Part shown: positions 17,134-28,807 of the stretch, piece after piece
Numbering within the stretch: the stretch's first letter is position 1
Layout: every line of letters begins with the position of its first letter
Assembly (NCBI GenBank): GCA_903894955.1
Contig: CAITSA010000028.1
Span: 8,495-72,494, forward strand
Length of the DNA: 64,000 nt
Direction of reading: 5' to 3'
Source of the DNA: an uncultured bacterium
Lineage (GTDB): Bacteria; Patescibacteriota; Minisyncoccia; Phycocordibacterales; UBA9973
Position numbers and translations under genes: made by a program
The notes under the pieces: model-generated
Seen by the model: only the letters and a program-made list of their open reading frames with translations
Told to the model about the DNA's origin: nothing
Databases searched by the model: none

Positions 17134-18498
17134 TTATTTTGAGAGACCAGAATTAAATAAAAATCGAGCAACTTTTCCCTCTCCAATAAAACTAAATGCT
17201 CCTAGAAAAATTCTGGTAATAGTAATCGCGCTGAACATTGAGATGATAACTCCCAGTCCAAGGGTTAAAGCAAAACCTTTAATCAAAGATGTACCGAACC
17301 AAAAAAGAATAACCGCGGTGATAAAATTAGAAATATTTGAATCTCGAATAGAAAACCAAGCCCGAGAAAAGCCAGCAGAAATTGAATCATGGATACTTCG
17401 GCCAGAGCGCAATTCTTCTTTTATGCGTTCAAAAATAAGCACATTGGCGTCAACAGCTATCCCAATGGAAATTATAAACCCTGCGATCCCAGCCGCCGTT
17501 AAGGTGACAGGCATTAATTTGAAAAGCGCCAAGATGATAGAAATAAAAATACAAAGGGAAACGGTCGCGATTAATCCCGGCAAACGATATAAAAGAATAA
17601 GGAAAAGAGCCACCAATAAAAATCCAATGATAGCAGCCTTCACTCCGGCATTGACTGCGCTCTCTCCCAAAATAGCGCCAATGGTTTGAGTAGAAAGAAG
17701 AGTAATCGGCACAGGCAAAGCTCCAGAATTAAGTCTACCAACTAATAACTTTGCTTCAGTGGGAGTAAAACTACCAGAAATAACAGCTTGACCATTTGGA
17801 ATTTCTTCTCGAACAACTGGAGTAGAGATAGGAGCGCCATCTAAATAAATCGCTACCATTTTCCCCACGTTATTTTTAGTAATCTCTGCAAAGAGTTTCG
17901 TACCGACATCATTAAATTGCAAACTTACTTTTGGTTCACGAGTATTGGTATCAAATTCTAAAGTGGCTTTTTGTAAATATCGTCCAGTCAGCTCCGTGGA
18001 AACAAATTGAGGACTCGCATCCACGGTAACCTTGCCATTTTTATCAACTGTTGCATTCTGAGGAGTACCGGCAGGAGCTTCAGTTTTAAATTCAAGAAGC
18101 GGAGTTTGCCCGATCATCTCTATCGCTTGTTTAACATCAGTTACCCCAGGAAGATCAACTATTAACTGTTCTCCCGTTGCTCCAGAAACAAATCCACCAT
18201 GTTGCACTTGGACAACTGGCTCAGAAACTCCAAAAAGATTTATGCGTCTTTCAATTACATCACGAAGCGCATTCATTGAATCCCCAACTTGACCAGCTGG
18301 AACGGCAGAAATATCGGCTTTGTATATCAAATGGCTACCACCTGAGAGATCAAGCCCAAGACGAAAAGGATGATTTTTAAGAAATGAATAGGTAGTAGAA
18401 AAATTCTTGTTTAATCTAGGCTCAGATTTAAAAACAAAAAGGGCTATTCCCCCACCCAAAACAAGTATTATTAAAGCTAAAACTATTTTCTTCCACAT
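17134..18498 (-). CDS. secD: protein-export membrane protein SecD
   Basis: 454 aa, LGLDLSGGSHLIY periplasmic domain, C-terminal 6 TM. Confidence 0.85.
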   Translation of the reverse strand: MWKKIVLALIILVLGGGIALFVFKSEPRLNKNFSTTYSFLKNHPFRLGLDLSGGSHLIYKADISAVPAGQVGDSMNALRDVIERRINLFGVSEPVVQVQHGGFVSGATGEQLIVDLPGVTDVKQAIEMIGQTPLLEFKTEAPAGTPQNATVDKNGKVTVDASPQFVSTELTGRYLQKATLEFDTNTREPKVSLQFNDVGTKLFAEITKNNVGKMVAIYLDGAPISTPVVREEIPNGQAVISGSFTPTEAKLLVGRLNSGALPVPITLLSTQTIGAILGESAVNAGVKAAIIGFLLVALFLILLYRLPGLIATVSLCIFISIILALFKLMPVTLTAAGIAGFIISIGIAVDANVLIFERIKEELRSGRSIHDSISAGFSRAWFSIRDSNISNFITAVILFWFGTSLIKGFALTLGLGVIISMFSAITITRIFLGAFSFIGEGKVARFLFNSGLSK

Positions 18499-18561
18499 AA
18501 AGATAAGGATATTCTATACATTTTTAATAAAAAATGCAAATACTACAACAGGTGTAAATCA

Positions 18562-19140
18562 TTAATTTTTTCTTTTTAAGAATTCGGTAAAAAACGGAAT
18601 TAAAGATAATAATATTATGACCGCTGTTATTGGTAAAATATATTGATCGATGTTTTTGATTGAATTGCCTAAAAAGTATCCGCTAAAAATTACTGCAAAA
18701 GTCCACAAAAAACCACCTAAAACATTGTAAAAAATAAAGTTATTGTATTTCATTTTTCCTGCGCCGGCCAAGATCGGGGCAAAAGTTCTCACAATGGGCA
18801 CAAAGCGTGCTAATACTATTGTTTTCTTGCCATATCGTTCATAAAATTTAGCAGTTCTATCAAGATTGTTTTTGTTAAAGAAAAATGAGTTTGGTTTAGA
18901 AAAAATTCTTGGACCTAGTTTTTTACCTGTCCAATATCCAACATTATCTCCTAAAACTGCACAAATGAATGATCCAATAAACAAATAAAATATATTAAAA
19001 TATCCAGCCGAGGCTAAAAGTCCAGCACTAAATAAAAGAGAATCACCGGGGAAAAAGAAACCAAAAAAGAGCCCTGACTCAGCAAAGACGACAAAAAAAA
19101 TCCCCAAAAATCCTAAGCTTTCTAAAAATGAAAGAATCAT
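18562..19140 (-). CDS. DedA/VTT-family membrane protein
   Basis: FFVVFAESGLFFGFFFPGDSLLFSAG motif. Confidence 0.75.
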   Translation of the reverse strand: MILSFLESLGFLGIFFVVFAESGLFFGFFFPGDSLLFSAGLLASAGYFNIFYLFIGSFICAVLGDNVGYWTGKKLGPRIFSKPNSFFFNKNNLDRTAKFYERYGKKTIVLARFVPIVRTFAPILAGAGKMKYNNFIFYNVLGGFLWTFAVIFSGYFLGNSIKNIDQYILPITAVIILLSLIPFFTEFLKRKN

Positions 19141-19688
19141 TTAAGTTTACTAAAAAAATTAGTAAAGTAATGAGCTGTGTAAGCAATAATGAAACCTTCT
19201 ATAAAACCAGCTAAAATGTCCGCTGGGAAATGCACTCCGGAAACAACACGAGAAACACCAATAAGCAATGCGAAAAACATGAAGACATAGCCAATTTTTT
19301 TATTGGTATAAAATAGCGCAAAAGCTAAAGCCGAAGCAACAGCTGAATGTCCAGATGGAAAAGCAAATCCAGTCTCCGGAAAAAGCGGACGCACTTGCGA
19401 GAAAACAACGAACGGCCGAAGCACATGAAATATAATTTTGGCTATAAATTTATTAAAAAACCACGCAACAATCACAGACAAACTTGCTGGAACAAAATCC
19501 TTCCATCCGTTTCGAAATTCTTTAATCGGATTTCGAGATGGAAGAACTTTATAATTAAAAAGTAGAAAAATTCCAGCTGATATAATTGCTATATATATAA
19601 AATAAACAGCTAAAAAAATTATCAAACTATCAAAAATTTTTGACTGATGGGCTAAACTATAAAAAAAGAAAAAGATTGAGTTGTTCAT
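19137..19688 (-). CDS. PAP2-family lipid phosphatase
   Basis: PSGH and SRxxxGxHxxxD motifs (FPSGHSAVASA; SRVVSGVHFPADI). Confidence 0.75.
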   Translation of the reverse strand: MNNSIFFFFYSLAHQSKIFDSLIIFLAVYFIYIAIISAGIFLLFNYKVLPSRNPIKEFRNGWKDFVPASLSVIVAWFFNKFIAKIIFHVLRPFVVFSQVRPLFPETGFAFPSGHSAVASALAFALFYTNKKIGYVFMFFALLIGVSRVVSGVHFPADILAGFIEGFIIAYTAHYFTNFFSKLK

Positions 19689-20563
19689 TTTATATTCTTC
19701 GCTACGATTAATACATTACTAAGAAGCATCGCAACAGTGACTGGCCCCACGCCTCCGGGCACAGGCGATACATAACCTGCCACTTCCGAAACGGAATCTA
19801 AATCAATATCTCCTACAATACCAGCGCCGGACTCAGAAGTTCCTGCGTCAATTAAGATTGCACCTTCTTTTACCATATTACCTTTTATCAACTTCCCTTT
19901 CCCAGTAGCAGAAATAATAACATCAGCCTCTTTTAATCTTTTTATTCTTTCAGCTTCTTCTGTTTTTCTATCTATGACAAATGTTTCTAAATTTCTCGCA
20001 TTGAGTAATTTCCTAACTGGACGACCCACGAGTTCACCCTTGCCAATTATTATTATTTTTTTATCTTTCAAGTCTAAATTCAAGGAATCAAGTAAATGCA
20101 TACAAGCCAGAGCTGTAGGGAAAGTAATAGTAAAATCTCCCTGCCTACCTTGCCTACCGGCAGGCAGGCCGGGCAGGCAGGCATTGTAAAACTTTTCACT
20201 CGCGATATTTCCGAGACAATCCACATCAAGCTTCGAATCTATGGCATCTAATATACGCCTTTGGTCTAGCGATGCAGGCAATGGAAGTTGAACAATAATT
20301 CCGCACATATTTTCTACTTTATTTAAAATCTTTATTTCTTTAACTAAATCTTCAGTGGTAATACCCGAGGGAAAAGAAGCACTTTGGAATTTGATACCCA
20401 CTGACTCTGACATACGTGCTTTCATTCTTACATACTGGGCTGAGACAGGATCCTCCCCTACCAACACATCACAAAAAATCGGATTAAAAGAAAGTGTAGC
20501 TACTTCTTCTTTCACTTTGGCTAAAATTTCGTCTCGTATTTTTTTCCCATCAATTATTTTCAT
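19685..20563 (-). CDS. folD: bifunctional methylene-THF dehydrogenase/methenyl-THF cyclohydrolase
   Basis: 292 aa FolD-like throughout. Carries an in-frame GC-rich insert encoding LPGLPAGRQGRQG. Confidence 0.9.
   Translation of the reverse strand: MKIIDGKKIRDEILAKVKEEVATLSFNPIFCDVLVGEDPVSAQYVRMKARMSESVGIKFQSASFPSGITTEDLVKEIKILNKVENMCGIIVQLPLPASLDQRRILDAIDSKLDVDCLGNIASEKFYNACLPGLPAGRQGRQGDFTITFPTALACMHLLDSLNLDLKDKKIIIIGKGELVGRPVRKLLNARNLETFVIDRKTEEAERIKRLKEADVIISATGKGKLIKGNMVKEGAILIDAGTSESGAGIVGDIDLDSVSEVAGYVSPVPGGVGPVTVAMLLSNVLIVAKNIK
20138..20183. repeat. GC-rich CTGCC/GGCAG palindromic element inserted in-frame in folD
   Basis: ctccctgcctaccttgcctaccggcaggcaggccgggcaggcagg. About 70% GC in a roughly 30% GC gene. 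Confidence 0.7.
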
Positions 20564-20586
20564 AAATTAAATATTTCAAAAACTTA

Positions 20587-21717
20587 CTATACACCTAAAA
20601 ATTCATTCTTCATATCGTCCGGATGAACAGACCTAGAATATTTGCGCATCCCCATTAAAATACCCAATCCGGCAAATTCGGTTAATAAATGTGAACCACC
20701 ATAACTCATAAATGGGAGAGGAATACCGGTGACCGGCAAGAGCCCTAAATTCATACCTATATTGACGAAGATATGACTCATGAAAAAAATGGCAATACCC
20801 ATTCCAAAAAGTATTTCAAAATTAGAGGCTCCTAAAGAGGCAAAATAAAGAATTCTGCCAATAACAAGAACATAGAAAAGTAAAATCAAAGATGAGCCAA
20901 TGAAACCCCATTCTTCAGCATAAGCAGCAAAAATAAAATCAGACTGAGGAACTGGTAAAAATTTCAATCTTGACTGTGTTCCAAAACCCAAACCCTTGCC
21001 TGTCACTTGTCCAGAACCTACAGCAATGGTTGACTGAAATACATTGTACCCAGTTTTATGAATATCGGTCAAAGGATTTATAAAATTATAAATACGAGCT
21101 TTTTGATATGGGGCGAAAACAAAAAACCAAAGGGTGACAAAAATTAAAAGACCCGTCGCAAACACAGCCAACAAATGAACCTTAGAAATTCCAGAAACGA
21201 ACACCATCGCGAGCCAAATTAAAAATATAATCATCGCTGAGCCAAAATCCGGCTGAAGTAAAACTAAAATTAAGGGCACCAAAGCATAAAGTCCAGAAAT
21301 AAAAATATGTTTAAAATCTCTGATTTCCACATGTCGACGAGAAAAATACTTGGCTAAAACAAGCACTAATACCAATTTCATTACATCAACTGGCTGAAAA
21401 AAGAAAAAACCAAAATCCAACCAACTCTTGGCTCCATGCATGACGTGCCCTAAAACAATAAGTATCAACAGAATGAAGGACACAAAAAGAAACAAAAATA
21501 CCAATACATTGGTGCGTTTTAAAAAACGAAAATCAATAAAAGAAAAAATGAAAAAAACAATGAAAGAAATTAAAACCCAGATAATTTGCTTATTGAAAAA
21601 ATCACCTGCATTTTCAAGCGGAGTAAAAGACTTCATCGTCACGAGACCAGCCGCGATGATTGGAATAATAAAAGCAACCAACATCCAATCTATTCTTTTA
21701 AAAGCTTTTTCCGCCAT
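20587..21717 (-). CDS. SEDS-family peptidoglycan polymerase (FtsW/RodA)
   Basis: 376 aa, 10 TM, FtsW/RodA-like motifs. Confidence 0.8.
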   Translation of the reverse strand: MAEKAFKRIDWMLVAFIIPIIAAGLVTMKSFTPLENAGDFFNKQIIWVLISFIVFFIFSFIDFRFLKRTNVLVFLFLFVSFILLILIVLGHVMHGAKSWLDFGFFFFQPVDVMKLVLVLVLAKYFSRRHVEIRDFKHIFISGLYALVPLILVLLQPDFGSAMIIFLIWLAMVFVSGISKVHLLAVFATGLLIFVTLWFFVFAPYQKARIYNFINPLTDIHKTGYNVFQSTIAVGSGQVTGKGLGFGTQSRLKFLPVPQSDFIFAAYAEEWGFIGSSLILLFYVLVIGRILYFASLGASNFEILFGMGIAIFFMSHIFVNIGMNLGLLPVTGIPLPFMSYGGSHLLTEFAGLGILMGMRKYSRSVHPDDMKNEFLGV

Positions 21718-21722
21718 ATGAA

Positions 21723-22517
21723 TTATTGCAATCTAACAGATGAAATATCATAGATCGGAATTATTTCTTTGGCGACCACCTTGCCTGATAATGGCTCTGG
21801 CCAAGTGAAATTAATATCAGTATCTTGTAATGGATCAAGTTGATCCAAGAAGGTACGACTAGTAGAAATAGCATTTCCTTCTCCGTCATATAAAATCCCA
21901 ACTATGTTTACATTTGGGATAGTAAAAAGTGAATTATTTTTTATAGAAGCAGAAAGCTTGGGAGAGGTCGTCTCTCCTGAGAGTTGTATATTGGAAACCA
22001 AAACTTTTAACTGATTAATTTTCTCTTGCGACACTTGCTGCCATTGTGGTATTTTGTCTGTAAATTCAAAATCTGCATAAACAGGAATAGAATTCCCAAC
22101 ATCTATTCCTGGCTCAAAAACAGCAAAATTACCTCCCGGAGGAACAAAGGTGCTACCATCACGTTTGCCGATATAGACATGGTTCGCATCACGAAAAGTA
22201 AATCTATAATTTATATTTTCAATTACAGCGTTTTTATTGTGATTAACTAAATAAGCCACGGCATTATAACGTCCAGGTATAACCTTAAAAGGACGTGACC
22301 AGAGAATAGAAATCGCATCCATCTGATCCAAGCAAGCATTTAAACATGATCCTCCACAATCTATACCTGTTTCTGTACCGTTTTGTACACCATCCGAGCA
22401 AGTCGGTGCCTTGTTAAATTTAGGATAAAATATTAAAAATCCAAAAATAGAAAAAAATAAAATGAGAACCGCTACATAAAAAATTTGTCGCCTTAAAGCC
22501 CAAGAAGTAATTGCCAT
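21723..22517 (-). CDS. hypothetical secreted/membrane-anchored protein
   Basis: Likely real start MAITSW at 22517. The track start at 22553 is a TTG inside MITE copy B. Confidence 0.45.
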   Translation of the reverse strand: MAITSWALRRQIFYVAVLILFFSIFGFLIFYPKFNKAPTCSDGVQNGTETGIDCGGSCLNACLDQMDAISILWSRPFKVIPGRYNAVAYLVNHNKNAVIENINYRFTFRDANHVYIGKRDGSTFVPPGGNFAVFEPGIDVGNSIPVYADFEFTDKIPQWQQVSQEKINQLKVLVSNIQLSGETTSPKLSASIKNNSLFTIPNVNIVGILYDGEGNAISTSRTFLDQLDPLQDTDINFTWPEPLSGKVVAKEIIPIYDISSVRLQ

Positions 22518-22532
22518 AAAGATATAATAACA

Positions 22533-22609
22533 CCCCGTAGTAGATTTTGGCAATGTAAATTTTTTTTAAAATTTACGCACTTTGTGCTTTGCCAAAATTC
22601 ACTACAGGG
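22533..22609. mobile_element. 77-bp MITE copy B (inverted relative to copy A; flanking 5-bp direct repeat TAACA)
   Basis: TIR ccccgtagtagattttggcaa / ttgccaaaattcactacaggg. TAACA at 22528-22532 and 22610-22614. Confidence 0.7.
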
Positions 22610-22728
22610 TAACATGATTGATTTTCTTGAGCAAAGCAATCAAAAATGAGCCTAAATGAGTAAGAGCCCGAACATTTGCTTTTGACAAATGCCGGGCCCT
22701 AGAGATTTCGATTATTGGAGGTTAAATT

Positions 22729-22992
22729 TCAACCCCCTTTTCCTTTCCAAATGGGAACTATATTAACTAGTTCCCTGTTTCGCCAAGCTCTTTTAGCTCG
22801 ACGATGTTTTAAATTTTCACCCAACTTACCAAAAAGCTGGACAAATAGTTCGTCCAATTTAAAAGCAACAATAAATGCCATCCAAACCAGACCCCATTCC
22901 AACAATATGACCCCCTGAGACAGAGTGTCAAATTGCTCAATAACACAAATCAAAAAAAATAATGCCAGAACAAAGAAAATTCTTTTTTTCAT
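22729..22992 (-). CDS. small membrane protein, hypothetical
   Basis: Likely start MKKRIFFVLALFF. One TM segment then a basic C-terminal tail. Confidence 0.35.
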   Translation of the reverse strand: MKKRIFFVLALFFLICVIEQFDTLSQGVILLEWGLVWMAFIVAFKLDELFVQLFGKLGENLKHRRAKRAWRNRELVNIVPIWKGKGG

Positions 22993-23114
22993 AACATATC
23001 TCCTTTTTTTGTAGAACAACCATTGAGGGGATAAACCCCTTTTATTAGGGGAAATCCCCAAATCCTCTTCATGTGTATTATATCACACAAACTATAGAAA
23101 AGTCAAGCAAAATG

Positions 23115-25319
<2,205 letters not shown>

Positions 25320-25916
25320 TTAGTAAGTTTGCTTTATCTCTCGCGCCACACTATTAGCCGTCGGATTACAAGCATCAAGTGTGTCTCCTCCATTATTATA
25401 TCCATTGGAGGTAATAATGGTTGATGTTAATAATGTTTTATCCACTTTTATTTTTGCACAACCGTGTCCCTGAGAACCCAAACCTGACAGATTAAACATC
25501 CAAATTGGATCTGAATTGTCAACTGGGATATCACGACCAAGACATTGCATAGATCCAGTAGGAGGAGACACAAAAATAGTACTAGTTGATTTATCATTAA
25601 AAAGTGCGCATTCCCTGCCTGTGTCAGCGGCAAAGAAAGCTTCATTGGTATCCTTGGCAGAAGTACCAAATTTAATTTCGTTTAAGGCAATATTAGCTAT
25701 GCCTAAAGTAATGGATAAAATAATCGCTGAAAGTGTGACTGCAAAAAGTATTACAAACCCGGTAGTAGAGCTTGGCGATGTTTTAACTCTAGTTAAAACG
25801 TGCTTTACGCTTCGCCAAGTCTCACTACCGGGAAACCCAGAACGAAAGCCTTCGGCTTCGTACGGGACAAGTCCCCTTTTTAAAATATTAAGTTTTTTCG
25901 TAATTTTTGTAATCAT
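25320..25916 (-). CDS. pilin-like protein with very long N-terminal leader
   Basis: TTG|FVILFAVTLSAIILS hydrophobic pilin-type helix but no Glu at +5. GC hairpin (aagccttcggctt) in the leader-coding region. Confidence 0.5.
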   Translation of the reverse strand: MITKITKKLNILKRGLVPYEAEGFRSGFPGSETWRSVKHVLTRVKTSPSSTTGFVILFAVTLSAIILSITLGIANIALNEIKFGTSAKDTNEAFFAADTGRECALFNDKSTSTIFVSPPTGSMQCLGRDIPVDNSDPIWMFNLSGLGSQGHGCAKIKVDKTLLTSTIITSNGYNNGGDTLDACNPTANSVAREIKQTY

Positions 25917-25960
25917 GTTACTTGTAGGGTAATGAACTTCACTCTACTACATACCATATT

Positions 25961-26431
25961 CTAAATTTCTAAATTAAATAAATCTTCTGAAAAAGAAATA
26001 CTATAAGTACCAGAACCCTGAACCCAATTGACTTTTGAGGTAATAGTTACTTCATCATCACTAATTTTTGTCTTTGTAATTGTACGAGTAAAAGTAGAAT
26101 CATGATTAGGACAAGAACTATCATCTATGGAAAGAGTCACGAAATTACTCCAATTCTGGGCTGGGATTGTATCTGTATATAAAATATAATTATCACGAAT
26201 ATTTCTCACACACTCAATCCCCTCCTGGGCTAAATATGAAGCTACTATTTTCTGTTTAGCATAACTAATATCAGAAACACCAGACGCTAAAATTGATATC
26301 ATGCCCAAAATAGACATAGTAAAAATTGAAATAGCTACAAGCGTTTCTACTAAGGTGAATGCCCGCCTGTAAAAGCTATGCTTTAAGCATTGTGGGCAGA
26401 TTTGATTGTTTTTTTTAAAAAATAATTTCAT
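25961..26431 (-). CDS. type IV minor pilin/pseudopilin
   Basis: RRA|FTLVETLVAISIF with Glu at +5. Confidence 0.7.
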   Translation of the reverse strand: MKLFFKKNNQICPQCLKHSFYRRAFTLVETLVAISIFTMSILGMISILASGVSDISYAKQKIVASYLAQEGIECVRNIRDNYILYTDTIPAQNWSNFVTLSIDDSSCPNHDSTFTRTITKTKISDDEVTITSKVNWVQGSGTYSISFSEDLFNLEI

Positions 26432-26469
26432 TTCTTTATAACTTTATGAACTTTCAACTTTATAACTAC

Positions 26470-27144
26470 TTATATATCTATTTGTCTTTGAGACACGGAA
26501 GTTTGTAAAGAAAAAGGAGATGGAGAAGTAATATTGTTTAAATTTATTGTCCCAACTAATTTAATCGTAACAAAAGGTTGTTGGTGGTCTCCTGATCCAT
26601 CAGGATTAGGTGCCTCAGCACCTTTTACTGTAAAACTGGAATTTGCTGCATCAATATTTATTTCATCGGGGGTTAGTTGAACTGTCACTCCGTTAACTAT
26701 TTTAAAAATACTATTTTTACTGGAATCATTCGGATTGATACCTATGTAATAAACCCACTGACCAGTAAGAGAGGATTTAAAAGAAATTCCTCCTCCTTTA
26801 GTAGGAATGGTATTTATATTGCAACTACGAGGAGTAGTGGTAATAAGATCTGTATCACCTGAAAATATACAACGATAATCATATCCTGTCCTTAAATTTC
26901 TAGACATATCTTCCATAGTAAAATTTAAGTTATCTAGAATGGAACGCATGTCTTGTGATTTTTTTTGGAGTAAATTGGCATTCAATAATGTTCCAATGCC
27001 CGTTGTGATGATAATTATAAAAAGCGCAACGGCAATCATTGTCTCGATGAGAGTGTACCCGGTAGTGAATTTTTTTATCCCGTTAGAGATAGGAAATGCT
27101 TTGCATTTCCGTAGTGATATTAATTTAAGTAAAACTTTTAACAT
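26470..27144 (-). CDS. type IV minor pilin/pseudopilin
   Basis: KKFTTG|YTLIETMIAVALF with Glu at +5. 29-aa leader. Confidence 0.7.
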   Translation of the reverse strand: MLKVLLKLISLRKCKAFPISNGIKKFTTGYTLIETMIAVALFIIIITTGIGTLLNANLLQKKSQDMRSILDNLNFTMEDMSRNLRTGYDYRCIFSGDTDLITTTPRSCNINTIPTKGGGISFKSSLTGQWVYYIGINPNDSSKNSIFKIVNGVTVQLTPDEINIDAANSSFTVKGAEAPNPDGSGDHQQPFVTIKLVGTINLNNITSPSPFSLQTSVSQRQIDI

Positions 27145-27199
27145 AAACTTATTATTACATTAATATTTCCAATTACAAACTGTACGATCTCTAACGGGA

Positions 27200-27901
27200 T
27201 TAATTAATCTGCACTCTACCGGAAGGATATAATTTTACAAAAGCTGTTAATCCTTTAGGTGACATAATAGTTATTCTAACATAATCAGAACCAGTAAAGG
27301 GTAAAGATGATAGTGGACTACTTAAAAATTGAGCTCCTGAATCCGGCCGTCTAAAGGTTGTAGCAATAGAGGTAATCGTTACAGATGGAAAAGGTAAAGT
27401 ACAAGCAGTATTGCTACATTTTTCAATCTTAGATATGTAATTATTTTTAGTAATATTTATAGTGTTCAACAACTCACTACTACTGATGTCATAAGCACCA
27501 TTACTATTTAAATCAGCAAAATAAATAAATTGTTTTTGAGAAGCCGGTGTAGTCGTATCAAACAAAACTCCATAAGATGGTTTCCAATCTACAGCAGCAG
27601 AAGAATTCCATAGACCATTTAAAGATGATCTTTGCGCTTGAACGAATTTCAACGCAATATCATTAGCTAAATTTTTAATATCAACCTTAGCTTGAAAACT
27701 TCCATAATTAAAAATAGCCACAGAGGACAAAACAGCAAAAATACTCAGAACAACGATAAGCTCTACGTAAGTCATCCCGTTAGAGGTAGTCCCGTTAAAG
27801 GCCACGAGGGCTCGCAGTGACCTTCTGCCTTTAACGGGACGTTTTATAATATTTTTAAGTAAGAAATTTATCATCAAGTTATTATTTATTATTATTTCCA
27901 A
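27200..27901 (-). CDS. type IV minor pilin/pseudopilin
   Basis: TSNG|MTYVELIVVLSIF with Glu at +5. The leader region contains a perfect 14-bp inverted repeat at 27789-27840. Confidence 0.65.
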   Translation of the reverse strand: MEIIINNNLMINFLLKNIIKRPVKGRRSLRALVAFNGTTSNGMTYVELIVVLSIFAVLSSVAIFNYGSFQAKVDIKNLANDIALKFVQAQRSSLNGLWNSSAAVDWKPSYGVLFDTTTPASQKQFIYFADLNSNGAYDISSSELLNTINITKNNYISKIEKCSNTACTLPFPSVTITSIATTFRRPDSGAQFLSSPLSSLPFTGSDYVRITIMSPKGLTAFVKLYPSGRVQIN

Positions 27902-27934
27902 TTATAAACTATATGACCTCTAATGGGATCATCC

Positions 27935-28807
27935 CTAAAAAAGACCTAAGCCAAAAAGAAATACTAATGATGTACCTAAAACCAAATATGGAGCAAAAGG
28001 AATTTCGCTTTTCATCCCATATTTTTTATTAGACAGCGAAGCACTTCCTAGGCGGGAAAAAATAATCAAAGAAAGGCCAACGAGAGCCCCAATCCAAAAG
28101 GCAAAGACCAACCCATAGAGGGCAAAAGGAAAACCAAGCAACCACCCTAAGCTAATTGCAAGTTTTGCGTCCCCTAACCCCATCCATTTTCCAGCAGATA
28201 TCAACCAAAAAAAAGCAAAAGGGAAAGCCATGATTGGACCTATAAAAAATCCCAAAAGAGTAGGCAAATGTGGAGAAAAACTCAAATAACCTGCCTGCGC
28301 CCAGCCTGCGCTGGCAGGAAGCAGACCATCAATCTGCAAAAAGAATAAACCAGCCAAAGTTAAGATACCTAGAACTAAAGAAAGAATATCAGGAATTATT
28401 TTGTGTTTTAAATCATAAACTGCAATTACGACAAAAAGAGAGAAAACAACAGCATAATAAGCATAAGTGAAAGTAAAAGAAAGTGTATTCACGAAGAATA
28501 GGTCCTGAAATTTTAAAAACAAAAGAGCAAAAATAAAGCCAGTGATAAGTTCTACCAGTGGATACTGAAGCGATATTTTAGTTTTACAATTTTTACATCT
28601 TCCCCTCAATCCTAAGAAACTAAAAACGGGTATAAGTTCTAGCCAAGTAAGTTTATTTTGACAAGACATACATCCACTTCTTCCGCCGAAAGATTTCTGA
28701 GTATTTAAACGAAGAATGATGACATTTAAAAAGCTTCCAATAATTAGGCCAAGGATGAAGAAAATTGTTGTGAGAATAGTAATCATAAAACTTTTTAAGA
28801 ACCACAA
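27935..28807 (-). CDS. pilD: prepilin peptidase (A24 family)
   Basis: N-terminal Cys-x-x-Cys pairs, 8 TM, conserved Asp-containing regions. Carries an in-frame GC-rich insert at 28290-28326. Confidence 0.85.
   Translation of the reverse strand: MWFLKSFMITILTTIFFILGLIIGSFLNVIILRLNTQKSFGGRSGCMSCQNKLTWLELIPVFSFLGLRGRCKNCKTKISLQYPLVELITGFIFALLFLKFQDLFFVNTLSFTFTYAYYAVVFSLFVVIAVYDLKHKIIPDILSLVLGILTLAGLFFLQIDGLLPASAGWAQAGYLSFSPHLPTLLGFFIGPIMAFPFAFFWLISAGKWMGLGDAKLAISLGWLLGFPFALYGLVFAFWIGALVGLSLIIFSRLGSASLSNKKYGMKSEIPFAPYLVLGTSLVFLFGLGLF
28290..28326. repeat. GC-rich CTGCC/GGCAG palindromic element inserted in-frame in pilD
   Basis: cctgcctgcgcccagcctgcgctggcaggaagcag encodes LLPASAGWAQAGY. Confidence 0.65.
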
